Shown piece after piece: positions 25,441 to 37,790 of a DNA stretch of 64,000 nucleotides (positions are counted from its first letter, which is position 1; each line of letters starts with the position of its first letter). The stretch comes from Octopus vulgaris. Taxonomy: Eukaryota. The stretch covers positions 9,734,001 through 9,798,000 of the forward strand of contig OX597834.1 in NCBI GenBank assembly GCA_951406725.2. The letters are read 5' to 3'. The notes beneath the pieces were generated by a model. The model had not been told where the DNA came from, searched no databases, and saw nothing but the letters and a program-made list of their open reading frames with translations. A program made the position numbers and the translations under genes.

Positions 25441-25846
25441 GTTTGAACGGCAGTTTTCTAAAATAATTTCCACGTAACTAAGCATTTTTAAACTTCGTAT
25501 ACTGGTAGAGTGTGTTTATAAAACATCTTTTTCTCTTGGCTTTATTGAGAAAGTTCTATAGTTTGTAAGATATTTGTTGTTCTTTTCTTCAATTTCTGCA
25601 ATTTCAACCAATCAATGACGTTTATTGAGGTGAAAACATTCTGTGTCGTATGAATATGTCCCTCGTTTAAGAAACAGATTGGGTTTATTTACATTTGTGA
25701 AGAAAAAAAAGATACCCTTCACCCTAACCCTAACTAACCCTAAAACCGATTGAAATGCAATAGATCGATACTAGGGTCATAATTATGGGTGACAATTTCA
25801 TATGACACCGCTAGAAAAAAAACTGCCGTTCAAACCGAAAAGATCC
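25441..25846. mobile_element. Second copy of the same MITE, missing ~11 bp of the left TIR
   Basis: Colinear with 23983-24400; ends CTGCCGTTCAAACCGAAAAGATCC. Confidence 0.9.
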
Positions 25847-26722
25847 TTCTCTTTATCTAATTCTGTACGTAGATCTAAATATACTCATGATTCACAGTGC
25901 GTAGATATCTCCTTTCGACAAATTAACATGTACTAAACTTCTCTGTCTGTTCGTGTGTGTTTGTGTAAGGCTACTGTATAGTTTAGTCTTCTTTCATTAT
26001 GTATTGACCTATTCAACGTGTGGTAGACAATCACATGCTTCAAGGCTGTACCGTGGCATCATTATTCTATCTGCATGGTCGGAAAATGAGCTTCTTAATT
26101 GCCTCTGGTTATGCTGTGCGCAAGTAACCCTAATTCTGGACAATTGTTTTGAAAACTTTCAAAGTAATTCAGTTATCCTTCTCAGCTTATATATTTTGAT
26201 CTAAGTCACTCAAAAATTTTTTAAGAGCTTTCCAGAAGAGGAGAAATAAAAATATTAGATGAAATAAGTTAAAACCATTGCATAGTGGAGTGGAGGAAAT
26301 ATCAGGACCTGTAGTTTTCTAAATAATTAATATATTCTTTCTGTCAATGTTCGCTCTGAGTTCGAATCCTTTCTCTAACTCATTTCTGGTCAATAAAATA
26401 AATCGATTAAATCCCTAATTTTCTTTCAAATTTGGAAGCGTGATTATAATCAGAAATTTGCACCACTTAGAAACTTGAACGAAAGTTGTAAAACAAAGAA
26501 ACTATGGTGTTTCCATCTCATTTAAACCATAATTGAAAGCTTCTAGAACGTTGATCTTGCGGAAAGTAATATTGTGTTTAAGTAATGAGCTTGACTTCGT
26601 TTACATTATTGATTGGAAATATGCAAAGATTTAATCAGTGCTATTTTCTTATTGTTGGAAAATATACAGCTTAAATCATTAAAGAACCTTACATTCGATA
26701 AAAATTTTAGTTGTATGTATTA

Positions 26723-27111
26723 CTAGCAGTATCACCCGGTGTTGCTTGGGTTTGTTTCGACCCTTTAGAATTGGAATTTTTGAAAATTAAAACTTTTGCA
26801 TTATGCAACATTTTTATTCTCTTCAAGTGAACATTTTTCCAGTTGAAATACACCGAAAAATGGTGACACAGCAGTCAAAAATCGTAAAAAATAGGGATTT
26901 TCATAGAAAAAAGCACCTTTTTGATGTAAATAATTTTTGGTGTTAACATGGTCCGATTTGAATTTTTTCTGCTACAGAATGAAGAGCAAAGCTTCTTCTA
27001 TCATACTCTTAATTTTGGTCAACTTGCACTGCAGGGTCTCGAAGGAGATAGTGTTAGTTGAAGCCTGCCAAGACTGCCACACACAGACAACTTCAGCTTT
27101 ATATATATAGA
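26723..27111 (-). mobile_element. Non-autonomous Helitron (389 bp)
   Basis: Starts A|TCTATATATATAAAGCTG, ends CCCAAGCAACACCGGGTGATACTGCTAG|T; 3' end nearly the same as the 8775 Helitron. Confidence 0.8.
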
Positions 27112-28106
27112 TTTGCTACACACTACTTTCCATCCTTAATAATGAAACTTGGTAGATCCGAAAGTTAAACACACACACATACAGATACACACACAGACAC
27201 ACAAGTTGAGTTTTATATATATAGAAGTCACTGCAAATTTAATATTGAATACAATTGTGAATTCTAGAAGTGAGATGGTTTAAAATATATCAAACATCGA
27301 AGTAAGTCCTATGAGTATTATTGTACGAAGTTTACGGAATATATGTGAGGAAGATATTATTGTGTCTAATATGGATACATTTATCTGAATATCTTTCGAA
27401 CAAATCCACTTAGCGAAACTAACTGGAGAATTAAGAACTTATATATAACACTAGATAATGACGATCGTCTTGGAACAATATATAACACGATGTGAAGAAA
27501 TATTTAAAAAAACAATAATATAGCTCATTATTTTTGGCAAAGAAAATTTAGACAACCATCTGTCTTCTCTAATTTTTTTTTATTGGGCCCATATATTAAT
27601 CAAAACAAAAAGAACATAATTTATTTTCAATATATCATAAAAATATGTTCTGTTAATCGTAAAATGCGAAAGAAGCTATTTAAGCAAAAAAAAAAAGTAT
27701 TCTTGATGTGTGGGAAGTAAAAGCTAAGTCTTTGTTAATCTTTTGCGAAAAATCAAACGATCTAATTAGCATTTCATAGTTCATAGATCACAAAATCAAT
27801 CTGGCGGAAAATTTTGTAAATAAATGTTAGAACTATCTTGGTACACTATAGTTCAAACTTTGTTGAACAGACAGTCTATAATTTGTGGTAGCTATATTTT
27901 AAAGATAAGCAGGTTTGCAAACGGACAGTCTATAATATATGAGAAGTATATTATAGACTAGAAAAAAAAAAGAAGGGTGAGATTATCTGGAGAGTTACAC
28001 TAATCTAAAAATAAAAAAGACTGGTCAAACTTTTATATGTTGATGTAATAGGTTCAAAGAAAAATTGTTGCATATTTTTGTGTGTTTTTGCATTTTTCAA
28101 TTAAGA

Positions 28107-28460
28107 AAGGCCATATGACTGTATGGTAAAGCATCTCCTTTTGAATCACGTGATTTAGGATTCAGTCCCTTTGCGCGGAACCTTGAGTAAGTAACGTCTA
28201 CTATAACACCAGACTGACCAATGCATCGGAAACGATGTGGAAGCTCATAATATATATATGTATATATATATATATATATGTGTGTGGGTTTGTTCCCCGC
28301 CACTACTTCAAAGCAGGGATTACTTTTATTTTCCCGTAACTTTGTGGTTCGGCAAAACAAAAAGATTAAATAACAGACGTTGATTCGTTCACCTAAACCT
28401 TTGTAAGGCGGCGCTTTAGTCCAACCGAAGTCCGATAACTGAAACGGAAGGAAAATAATA
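28107..28460 (+). mobile_element. SINE type B, old copy
   Basis: Residual GGATTCAGTCC, ACCTTGAGTAAG, (TA)n and GGTTCGGCAAAA motifs in order. Confidence 0.6.
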
Positions 28461-28953
28461 AAAAAAAGGTCTGAAATTACTTTGTGCTAATTCTTTTTTA
28501 TCTTCTTTTACTTTCTCAAGTTAATCCCACTAAGATGAAGTTGGCTGGTCATTCCTAAGGTTTCAATAATACAAAGCATCCCTCAAGTATTGTAAACGAT
28601 TTATCGACAAACTTCTCCCCCCTCAAAACTGCTAGTCTAAATCTAACGAAAAGAAAACGAACGATCAAACAAAGAAAAAAAAAGCTTTATTTGAATTGCT
28701 AATGTCAATTGATGTTAGAATCAGAAGAGCAAAGGATAAAACGTTTTAAGATGTTTAGTCGCATTTCATTACGTTCTACTTTCAAATCCCACAGCGCACA
28801 ATTATGCTTCTTTATCCTGCGTGGGTAGCTAAAAGTAAATATGTGTCAAGGACTGAAGACATTATGAAGTCTACATTCCCTCCCTAAAAAATGTATGTCG
28901 TGTTACTCATATTTGATAATTTTTATTCCCAGTATTATAATGTAGCGAATGTC

Positions 28954-29255
28954 CATGGCTTAGTGGTTTGAGCATCGGGCTTCAGGTCGTGAGTTCGATT
29001 CCTTGTATTGAGCAAGACACTTTATTTCACTTTGTTCCAGTTCACTCAGCGGCAGAAATGAGGTGCGATGTCATTGAAAGCCAAGCTATAACGGCATTTG
29101 CCTGTCCCCTGCACAACCCGTCGGTGGCGTGGAGAGCGGTGACGGGTATGCATGGTTAACATCTGGTCTTCCACAAACAAACGAGTCCAGACTTGTACCT
29201 CGGAGAAGAACTTTCAAGGTGCAATCCCATGGTTATTCACGAACGAAAGGTGTCT
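28954..29255 (+). mobile_element. SINE type E
   Basis: CATGGCTTAGTGG...GAGTTCGATTCC, TTGAGCAAGACACTTTATTTCAC, tail AACTTTCAAGGTGCAATCCCATGG. Confidence 0.8.
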
Positions 29256-29677
29256 TTTACTTTTTATACGTAGTAGACAGTAGAATTAGTTGAGCAGCAG
29301 ATAAGACGATTTGTTTAATCACATCAGAATATTTTCTTCACTGTTCAAACACCACAAAGATATACATTTACTTTCATGTTTTAATATAATTATTAGCTAA
29401 TCATACAGTGAGACCCGTTTACTGAAATACACTTTTCCTTGTAAAACCATTCCAGCTTTTATACGAATTAGAAGTCGTTATGAACGTAAAAGGAGCGCAC
29501 GTTCTGTTTTTTTTTTCTTTCTGTGAGATCAACCGTTTCTAACTGTTATTGCTGTTTCTCTGCCGGTCAGCTTTGATTCAGCAGATCTATTGTCAGAGAC
29601 ACTCCAGCCATGAACGTTCTGCATTTTCATGAGCATTGTGTATTTAGGAATCTACATGTACTGTTCAACTTGGTATT

Positions 29678-29880
29678 GAAATGCTTAGCGGTATTTCGTC
29701 TGGTGCTACGTTCTGAGTTCAAATTCCGCCGAGGTCGACTTTGCCTTTCATCCTTTCGGGGTCGATAAATTAAGTACCAGTTACGCACTGGGGTCGATGT
29801 AATCGACTTAATACCTATGTCTGTCCTTGTTTGTCCCCTCTATGTTTAGCCACTTGTGGGTAATAAAGAAATAGGTATTT
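29678..29880 (+). mobile_element. SINE type A, 5'-truncated, young
   Basis: Near-identical to 4193-4424. Confidence 0.9.
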
Positions 29881-30774
29881 CTTTTAAAGAAAGTATAGTG
29901 TGCTGCCCAGACATACCATCTCCACTGTCTGTCTCTTTCTCTTACTATTTCACTCTCCTTCTATGTCAATATCTTTCTCCCTTTGCCTGTTTATTTTTTA
30001 ACAACAACAAAACTAATTTCTCGTTTTCAGACCTGTCTAGCCTCGTGCAATCACCTCTGAAATATTTCTTCAAAATTTCTCATCTGTCTTTCGATCAATT
30101 GTCATCTAAGATCTGCCTTCACTTCTCTTATCTCCGCATTAACTACTAAACGTAATAATTCCTTCCCACAAATTCATTCCTTCTCTGCACACATTTTCCG
30201 TTTCTACATCCGTCGACGCTCAAGAGTTTAAGGAGAACTCTAAATGTAACAACTACACTTTTCGCACTTAAGCATCTGTGAAAGCCACGGCCACAGACAA
30301 TTTCTCCTTAAAGCACTAGGTAAACAATGTAAAAAAGACTAAAAAAACATTGTCAATCTTGTGTGTGTGTGTGTATGTAGACTAAATAAGCCGTTGCTTT
30401 ACAAAGTGTTTCAGAAAATATAGGGAAAATATGAAAAGTACATAAAATATATTGTTTACATAGGCAGATTTTCTATTATAAACTTAACGGCCGTTTTGTG
30501 TATAATACAGAAAAATGTAGTAATCATAAAAAAATAATGATCTCCTGAAAATTGCTCTATTATTTCTTGCGGGTAGGATTAGGAAAGTATGTATAGATGT
30601 ATTAATAATAGCTGTGTTTGTTGAGAAAAAAGGCGTTGAAACTAGAATAATTATAGAGGAGACATTAGTTTTACGCAGTTCAAGTTATTTGTTGACGGCC
30701 ATTTTCAGTTTTAAAGTAGAACCAGAAAACGCTGATTTGGGTTTTGCATTGTACCCAACTCGTTCAAAACATAG

Positions 30775-30833
<59 letters not shown>

Positions 30834-30845
30834 CAAGAGAAACCA

Positions 30846-30882
<37 letters not shown>

Positions 30883-30894
30883 CAAGAGAAACCA

Positions 30895-30929
<35 letters not shown>

Positions 30930-31061
30930 CACTATATATATATATACTATATATATATATATATATTTCAATCAAAATTTACATTTTCAATTGTTGGTTT
31001 AACGCGTAAAAAAATTTCAGTCAAAAAGATTATATATTAGTCATACGATATAGTGTATATT

Positions 31062-31248
31062 TAAACACATAGAAAATCCACTCATAGGGATTCTACGCGT
31101 TAGAAAGAACAGCTAAGTTCTATGACCACAAAAAATTAGGATAACATTCGACAGGAATAAATTTGGATTTTATCCCAAGTTTTTTGTGGTCATAGAATTT
31201 AGCTGTTCTTTCTAATGCGTAGAATCCCTATAAGTGGATTCTCTAAGT

Positions 31249-31253
<5 letters not shown>
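31062..31253. repeat. Fold-back palindrome (~90-bp arms, short loop), MITE-like
   Basis: TAAACACATAGAAAATCCACTCATAGGGATTCTACGCGTTAGAAAGAACAGCTAA... pairs with ...TTAGCTGTTCTTTCTAATGCGTAGAATCCCTATAAGTGGATTCTCTAAGTGTTTA. Confidence 0.9.
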
Positions 31254-31300
<47 letters not shown>

Positions 31301-32416
31301 GAGTGTGCGTGTGTGTTGTTGAATTTTTAGTGTGCTTCTATGTATGTGTGTATCTATGTATATATTCACTGCACCGCACAAGAGAAACCACAGTATTTTG
31401 GTTACAATAATTTATTGTGGTTTAGTTTTTATATTCTCAAGTATAAGGATTTTCTTTTCCCCTAACATCGTTAGCGCGCAAGGCTTGATCCAGAATCGGA
31501 ATAAGCATTTTTGTAGTTCATAATCTTGAATATATTTTTTCAATTTTATGAATATATTTATTACTAACACAATGACATTCACATCCCCGGTGTGATCTAA
31601 GCAAGATATATGAGGATTTACGGCCATATTAATCGCCAGAATATATTCACAGCTGCCAATAAAATTATGAGAAATTTAAAATCAGAATCCAGTTGCCATG
31701 ATATTGTTTTCATAAATTTTCTGGATGTTTATTGTTGCCGTACCTAACTTTCTATTTGTGCCATTGCTTTGTTTCGGATTAGCTCTGATTAAGCTTGAGC
31801 TATGCTCACATACGCTGCAGCTCTAATAAATCTTCTGTAATCGAGGTATTGTGATTTAGTAACAATATATGCCCCTCTCTTTCTATGAGATCCTATTATG
31901 TGATTTGAAAATATTTGGCTATTATTTCAAGCGGAAGTAGAGAAGTAATGACAAAATCTAAAGCATCGACATTCATATTGTAGATTCAGTATCGCCACCA
32001 AGCAATCTTCAGACGTCGTTTTTGCATCATTTGTTTTCAGTTCCGTTGTAGACTTCTGAAAATAAATGCTATAAGTGCAAAAATGAAATAATGTATTATC
32101 ATGTAACAGCATTGTTAACTCAGCTTTGTCACGCAACGAACTTGAGTCAAGACTATTGAAAATGTTGCAAGACGCAACGAAAATTTTAGGAAAATAAAAA
32201 TAAGTGGACAATTTTACCGGTGAGTGTGTTACATTATAAGGCACACAAAGAAAATGACTCTCCCCAGACACAATAGCACTGGTAAAATTAGTAATATACC
32301 AAATAAAATTTAAGATGAAAATCAAGGCCAATTGCGCCAGCATCCAACAAGCTTGTACGCAAATCTGAGATGAATCTGGTGATTTCAGGAATGAATTAGT
32401 ACAACTAGGCATATAT

Positions 32417-32631
32417 ATTTCTTTACTACCCACAATGGGCTAAACATAGAGGAGACAAACAAGGACGGACAAACGGATTAAGTTTGCGTAACTGGTACTT
32501 ATTTAATCGACCCCGAAAGGATGAAAGGCAACGTCAACCTCGGCGGAATTTGAACACAGAACGTAACGACAGACGAAAAATACCGCTAAGCATTTCTCCC
32601 GGCGCGCCAACGTTTCTGCCAACTCGCCGCC
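32417..32631 (-). mobile_element. SINE type A
   Basis: Colinear with 3364-3594, small internal deletion. Confidence 0.9.
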
Positions 32632-33067
32632 TAGGCCTATATCAGCAAAGAAAGTTATCTTTCAACAAATCTAGTGTCTAAACATATACAACGGAACTAA
32701 CTGACGCTACAAGCTTCATTTTTGCTTATATACAGACAGACATGTGTACACATATGTTTGTATATACTTGCATGTATAATCATACACAACTGCACGCACA
32801 GACAGAGGCACATAAACATTTGTAACGGATTCATTCTGAAAGCTGTACACGTGGGTATGTATGGTAATTAGTTCCTAACAGCCGTAATATACATTAAAAT
32901 ACACAGGGAACATTCATGTGCAAACAAGAGTTGAAATTTTTCACGCTAAACATTTTGCTTTTCCGACATTTACACCGTTGTAAACGTATAAAAAACACTT
33001 CGACATATATTATACATTTACATGCCATATGCGGAAACAAATATGTAGCGTATGTATACATATACGT

Positions 33068-33386
33068 GGAGGCGCAATGGCCCAGTGGTTATGGCAGCGG
33101 ACTAGTGGTCGGAGGATCGCGGCTTCGATTCCCAGACCGGGCGCCGTGCGTGGTTATTGAGCGAAAACACCTAAAAAGCTCCATGATGTTCCGGCAGGGG
33201 GTGGTGGCGACCCATGTTGTACTCTTTCACCCCAACTTTATTTCAATTTTTCTTCCTCTTTCTTGGGTAACGCTGCGATGGACTGGCGCCCCGTCCAGCT
33301 GGGGGGAACTGATACGCCACAGAAACCGGGAAACCAGGCCCATGATCCCGGCTAGGTTTGAAAAGGGCGCATAAATAAAAATAAAA
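33068..33386 (+). mobile_element. SINE combining type D 5' half with type C 3' tail
   Basis: 33068-33250 matches the 40728/49474 copies; 33267-33372 matches the 17885/60098 tails; TSD-like ATGTATAC(A/G)TATA. Confidence 0.85.
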
Positions 33387-34361
33387 ATGTATACGTATAT
33401 ATATTTACGTGAGTGTTTGTTTGGGAATGAATGAGTGAGTGTGTGTATGTGTGTGTTCTTCGTTCTTGTTTGCACAGGAACTTGGAAATCCGTGGGCTTT
33501 CACACTTTCCGTGTGGTGTATTTGCGAGCCGATTGAGTAATTCTAATACATGCATACTTGTTTAAATACGTCTTGAAACTTATACAGTAGGTGTGATATC
33601 TCAAACGAGAATTCTTTCTCGTGGCAAAAGGCTAGATTTTTACTGAGAATGCCCATTTCGCTAGGAATCCCACGATCGTTTCGATAAACTCCTGGGAACT
33701 ATTTGTCCATAACGATAGAATATATGGCCGTTTTGACCGACGGGTAATTTCAGATCAAATCCAAGAGACCGAGAGATATATCTGCAATGCATAACAATCT
33801 ACGATCTAGCGACTCCCGTAATTAGAGAGAAAATGTGTTGTTATCTCCTAAATATGGCATCATCGTTAAAGAGAAAATACCTTTCCACTGATCACAATCA
33901 AATATAACTTGGTAGAACAATGAACAAATGACTTTAAAATATTCGTCAATATGCTTTTGTATGTATATATGTGTGCATACACGTATGAATATGACTACAC
34001 ACACCCACAGCGCACATGTCTCTTGCACACACTCGCATACACACAGGCACATATATATATATATAAAAGTAATTTAAATACAAACACATACATATGTCCA
34101 TAAATAACATTAAATTTGGCTATACTCTTGTAGTTTGCTGTTTAAAGCCTGTTCTGTGTATTCGGTTATCTGATGCCATCAACAGTATGGATAAAAATGC
34201 TATTGGATTTACTGGAGGTATTCCTTCGTGTCTATAACATAGCCTATATATAACAAGATGGAATTCACGAAATTATTTATGCTCGGTCGTTCGAAAGGAT
34301 CTTAATGATTAACAAAGAATCTCGTGAATTCCCTGTCAGTTTCTCTTTCTGTAATATGTCC

Positions 34362-34418
<57 letters not shown>

Positions 34419-34421
34419 CAG

Positions 34422-34620
34422 TTGACTAGAACCCGCAGAGGAAAAGGAAGCGAAGACGACGGAAGTAGACATGGAAGCGGAGTGTTTTGGACGTGCTCAG
34501 GACCACCGACCTGACATAGGAAGCAGCCAAGAAAGACGCCAATGATAAAAAAAAAAAGTGTATATTCTTAATCCGTTTTGCCCCTTGTGGAATATAGGGC
34601 CTCAACAGTTGTTTTGCCCT
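34422..34620 (+). mobile_element. RTE-like LINE C-terminal fragments
   Basis: Plus strand *NPQRKRKRRRRK*TWKRSVLDVLRTTDLT*EAAKKDAN (WNPQGKRKRGRP-type motif); a terminal piece TVEALYSTRG lies inverted at ~34572-34620. Confidence 0.55.
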
Positions 34621-34654
34621 TTTGTACCATCACAAATTTATTCTATTCTTGATC

Positions 34655-34728
34655 ACAACTGTTCGACGAATGGGAACGTGAAATTCTGAGAAGCAGTTTT
34701 TGCATTTTTGCAGCTTTCAGAAATATAT
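34655..34728 (+). mobile_element. Degenerate copy of the 13585 Penelope-like terminus
   Basis: ACTGTTCGACGAATGGGAACGTGAAATTCTGAG...GTTTTTG similarity. Confidence 0.55.
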
Positions 34729-35048
34729 ATACGAATGTATGTATTTATATGTGTGTTAAAGATGGGAAGGATAAAACCTTTTTATATTATAGTTTAAAAT
34801 GAAACGCAAGTGTGCTTTGTTGGGAAAAAGTCGATGAAATGTAAGTCAAATCAGTGCAAATATTTAAATGTTATCGACCGGATTTTTATAAGAAATGTAT
34901 TTATTTAAGTAAATAAGGACCACACGCAAGGAAGCGCCTGCACACACAAAAAGACACACAGAATCACAACAAGAAACGGGCAGAGATGAACGTAGATAAG
35001 CACTTAAATGAATACATATCAAACTAAATGCCACGTTAAATATATATA

Positions 35049-35094
<46 letters not shown>

Positions 35095-35679
35095 CGGTCG
35101 GGAGAGTTAGAGAAAGATTATAAGTTGAGAATTCAAACACAAAATCTAGAAATTGAATCTATTAATAGCTTGTATCGTTTTATGTCGAGCAACACTCCGC
35201 CAACTTGTCTCACTGTAGAAAACAACGTTTGAAGACGAAGATGATCATTCATGACCCTACGGCTGATATTTATACTTCACCACCGTCATTCAAGTCGTAT
35301 GAATATACATATATATATATATATATATATATGGTTTTATTGGTTTTATGTATACTTACACTTTGGGGATGGTTGATTGGCAAGACAAGGAAACGAGGTC
35401 AAGAGAATTGAAATAGTCACGATATTGACGTATTACTCTAAGAGTAATGGCATCAGATTCGAAGTAGCTGCAACAAAATTTACGAACGCAAAATGAATTT
35501 TCTTATTTTGACCTTTATTTTTTTTTTTTTACGTACTTATTTCACCCAAAAAGAAAAAAAAAGATCTTTGAATCTTAAATAATTTATACATTATTTCTTC
35601 GTGTTTTTTTTTATTCCTCACACTACATTCAAATCATCATCATTTTGTCTACATGGACATAAACAAACACGCAAAGACA

Positions 35680-36420
35680 CACACACACACACATACAGAT
35701 ACACATATATATGTGTATCTGTATGTATATATATGTATGTATATATCTATGTATATTTATATATATGTATATATAGATATGTATGTATATTTATATATAT
35801 GTATATATAGATATGTATGTTTATTTATATATATGTATATATAGATATGTATGTTTATTTATATATATGTATATATAGATAGGTATGTTTAGTTATATAT
35901 ATGTATATATAGATATGTATGTTTATTTATATATATGTATATATAGATATGTATGTTTATTTATATATATGTATATATAGATAGGTATGTTTAGTTATAT
36001 ATATGTATATATAGATATGTATGTTTATTTATATAAATGTATATATAGATATGTATGTATATTTATATATATATGTATATATAAATATGTATATTTATAT
36101 ATATGTATATATATGTATGTATATTTATATATATGTATATATAAATATGTATGTATATTTATATATATGTATATATAAATATGTATGTATATTTATATAT
36201 ATGTATATATAAATATGTATGTATATTTATATATATGTATATATATATATGTATATGTATATATATGTATATGTATGTATATTTATATATATGTATATAT
36301 AAATATGTATGTATATTTATATATATGTATATGTATATATAGATATGTATGTATATTTATGTATGTGTATGCATATTTATATATGTATATTTATATATAG
36401 ACAGGTAGATAGATAGATGG
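35680..36420. repeat. ~30-bp AT-rich minisatellite
   Basis: TATATATGTATATATAGATATGTATGT(A/T)TATT units. Confidence 0.95.
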
Positions 36421-36568
36421 ATAGTTAAATACATTTATATACATATATATTTGAGTATATGAATGTATATGTGTGGTGTATACATCCATACATGAATACA
36501 TACATATTTATTAACATGTTTGTGCGTATGTGAAAGTATGTGTATATATATATATATATGTATGTGTA

Positions 36569-36599
<31 letters not shown>

Positions 36600-36604
36600 G
36601 TGTA

Positions 36605-36635
<31 letters not shown>

Positions 36636-37246
36636 TTTATGTGTTTGTGTTTGTGTGTATATATATTTATTTATGTGTGTGTTTATATATATATATATTT
36701 TTTTTTTTTATATGTACGTAGGTATGTATGCATTTATGGAAATATGTATGTGTATAGATGCAGAGGTACACACACATCAATAGATACTGATTTATTTGCA
36801 GGTGAAATATGCGAAAGACTTGTTAAAAGTTGAAGTGCACGTGATAGTTAGATTCCAAAGAGAATATATTTTGAAAGAGTAAAACGATTTGTTGAAATTG
36901 ACACCTTCAAAATATTCTTTGAAGAAATTTCAGAGGATAATGATAGCGTAAATTTAAATCATGAATAGTTTATTTTCGCTTATGTTATTCTGTTTAGTTT
37001 CTTATTTAAATATTGATCTAAGCTGAGTGTTGAAACATATTCCCCAAGTTAACAGTTGGGGCAAAACAACAAATGTCGCTACTGCCACAATGATCTTCAC
37101 CAAAAAATATATAAAAGAATGGTAAAACTAAAGAGGAATGAAGTAAACGAAAATGAAATAGTTATACAGTTAAAAAAAATGCTCTCTCACAAACTGACAA
37201 GAGATGGAGGGAAGGTGAGAAATTTGTATACTCTATATCTCTCTCT

Positions 37247-37251
<5 letters not shown>

Positions 37252-37292
<41 letters not shown>

Positions 37293-37295
37293 ATT

Positions 37296-37378
<83 letters not shown>

Positions 37379-37718
37379 ATTTATATATATATGTGTGTGT
37401 GTATTTATATATATATGTGTGTGTGTGTATTTATATATATATATGTGTGTGTATTTATATATATGTGTGTGTGTGTGTGTATATATATATATGTGTGTGT
37501 GTGTGTTTATATATATATATATGTGTGTGTGTGTGTTTATATATATATATGTGTGTGTGTGTGTTTATATATATATATATGTGTGTGTGTGTGTTTATAT
37601 ATATATGTGTGTGTGTGTGTGTTTATATATATATGTGTGTGTGTGTGTTTATATATATATATGTGTGTGTGTGTGTGTTATATATATATATGTGTGTGTG
37701 TGTGTGTTTATATATATA

Positions 37719-37769
<51 letters not shown>

Positions 37770-37790
37770 ATATCTATATATATATATTAA
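37252..37790. repeat. Alternating (TA)n(TG)n minisatellite
   Basis: About 20 TA-run/TG-run units. Confidence 0.95.

Noticed and set aside
32041-32219. Plus-strand AG...GTGAGT exon candidate
   Set aside because: Stops in all frames, AT-rich content like the flanks, and no independent support.
31927-32433. 168-aa minus-strand ORF in non-repeat sequence
   Set aside because: Starts at a GTG inside a SINE A tail, with no recognisable domain or clear splice context. A BLASTP/TBLASTN hit would revive it.
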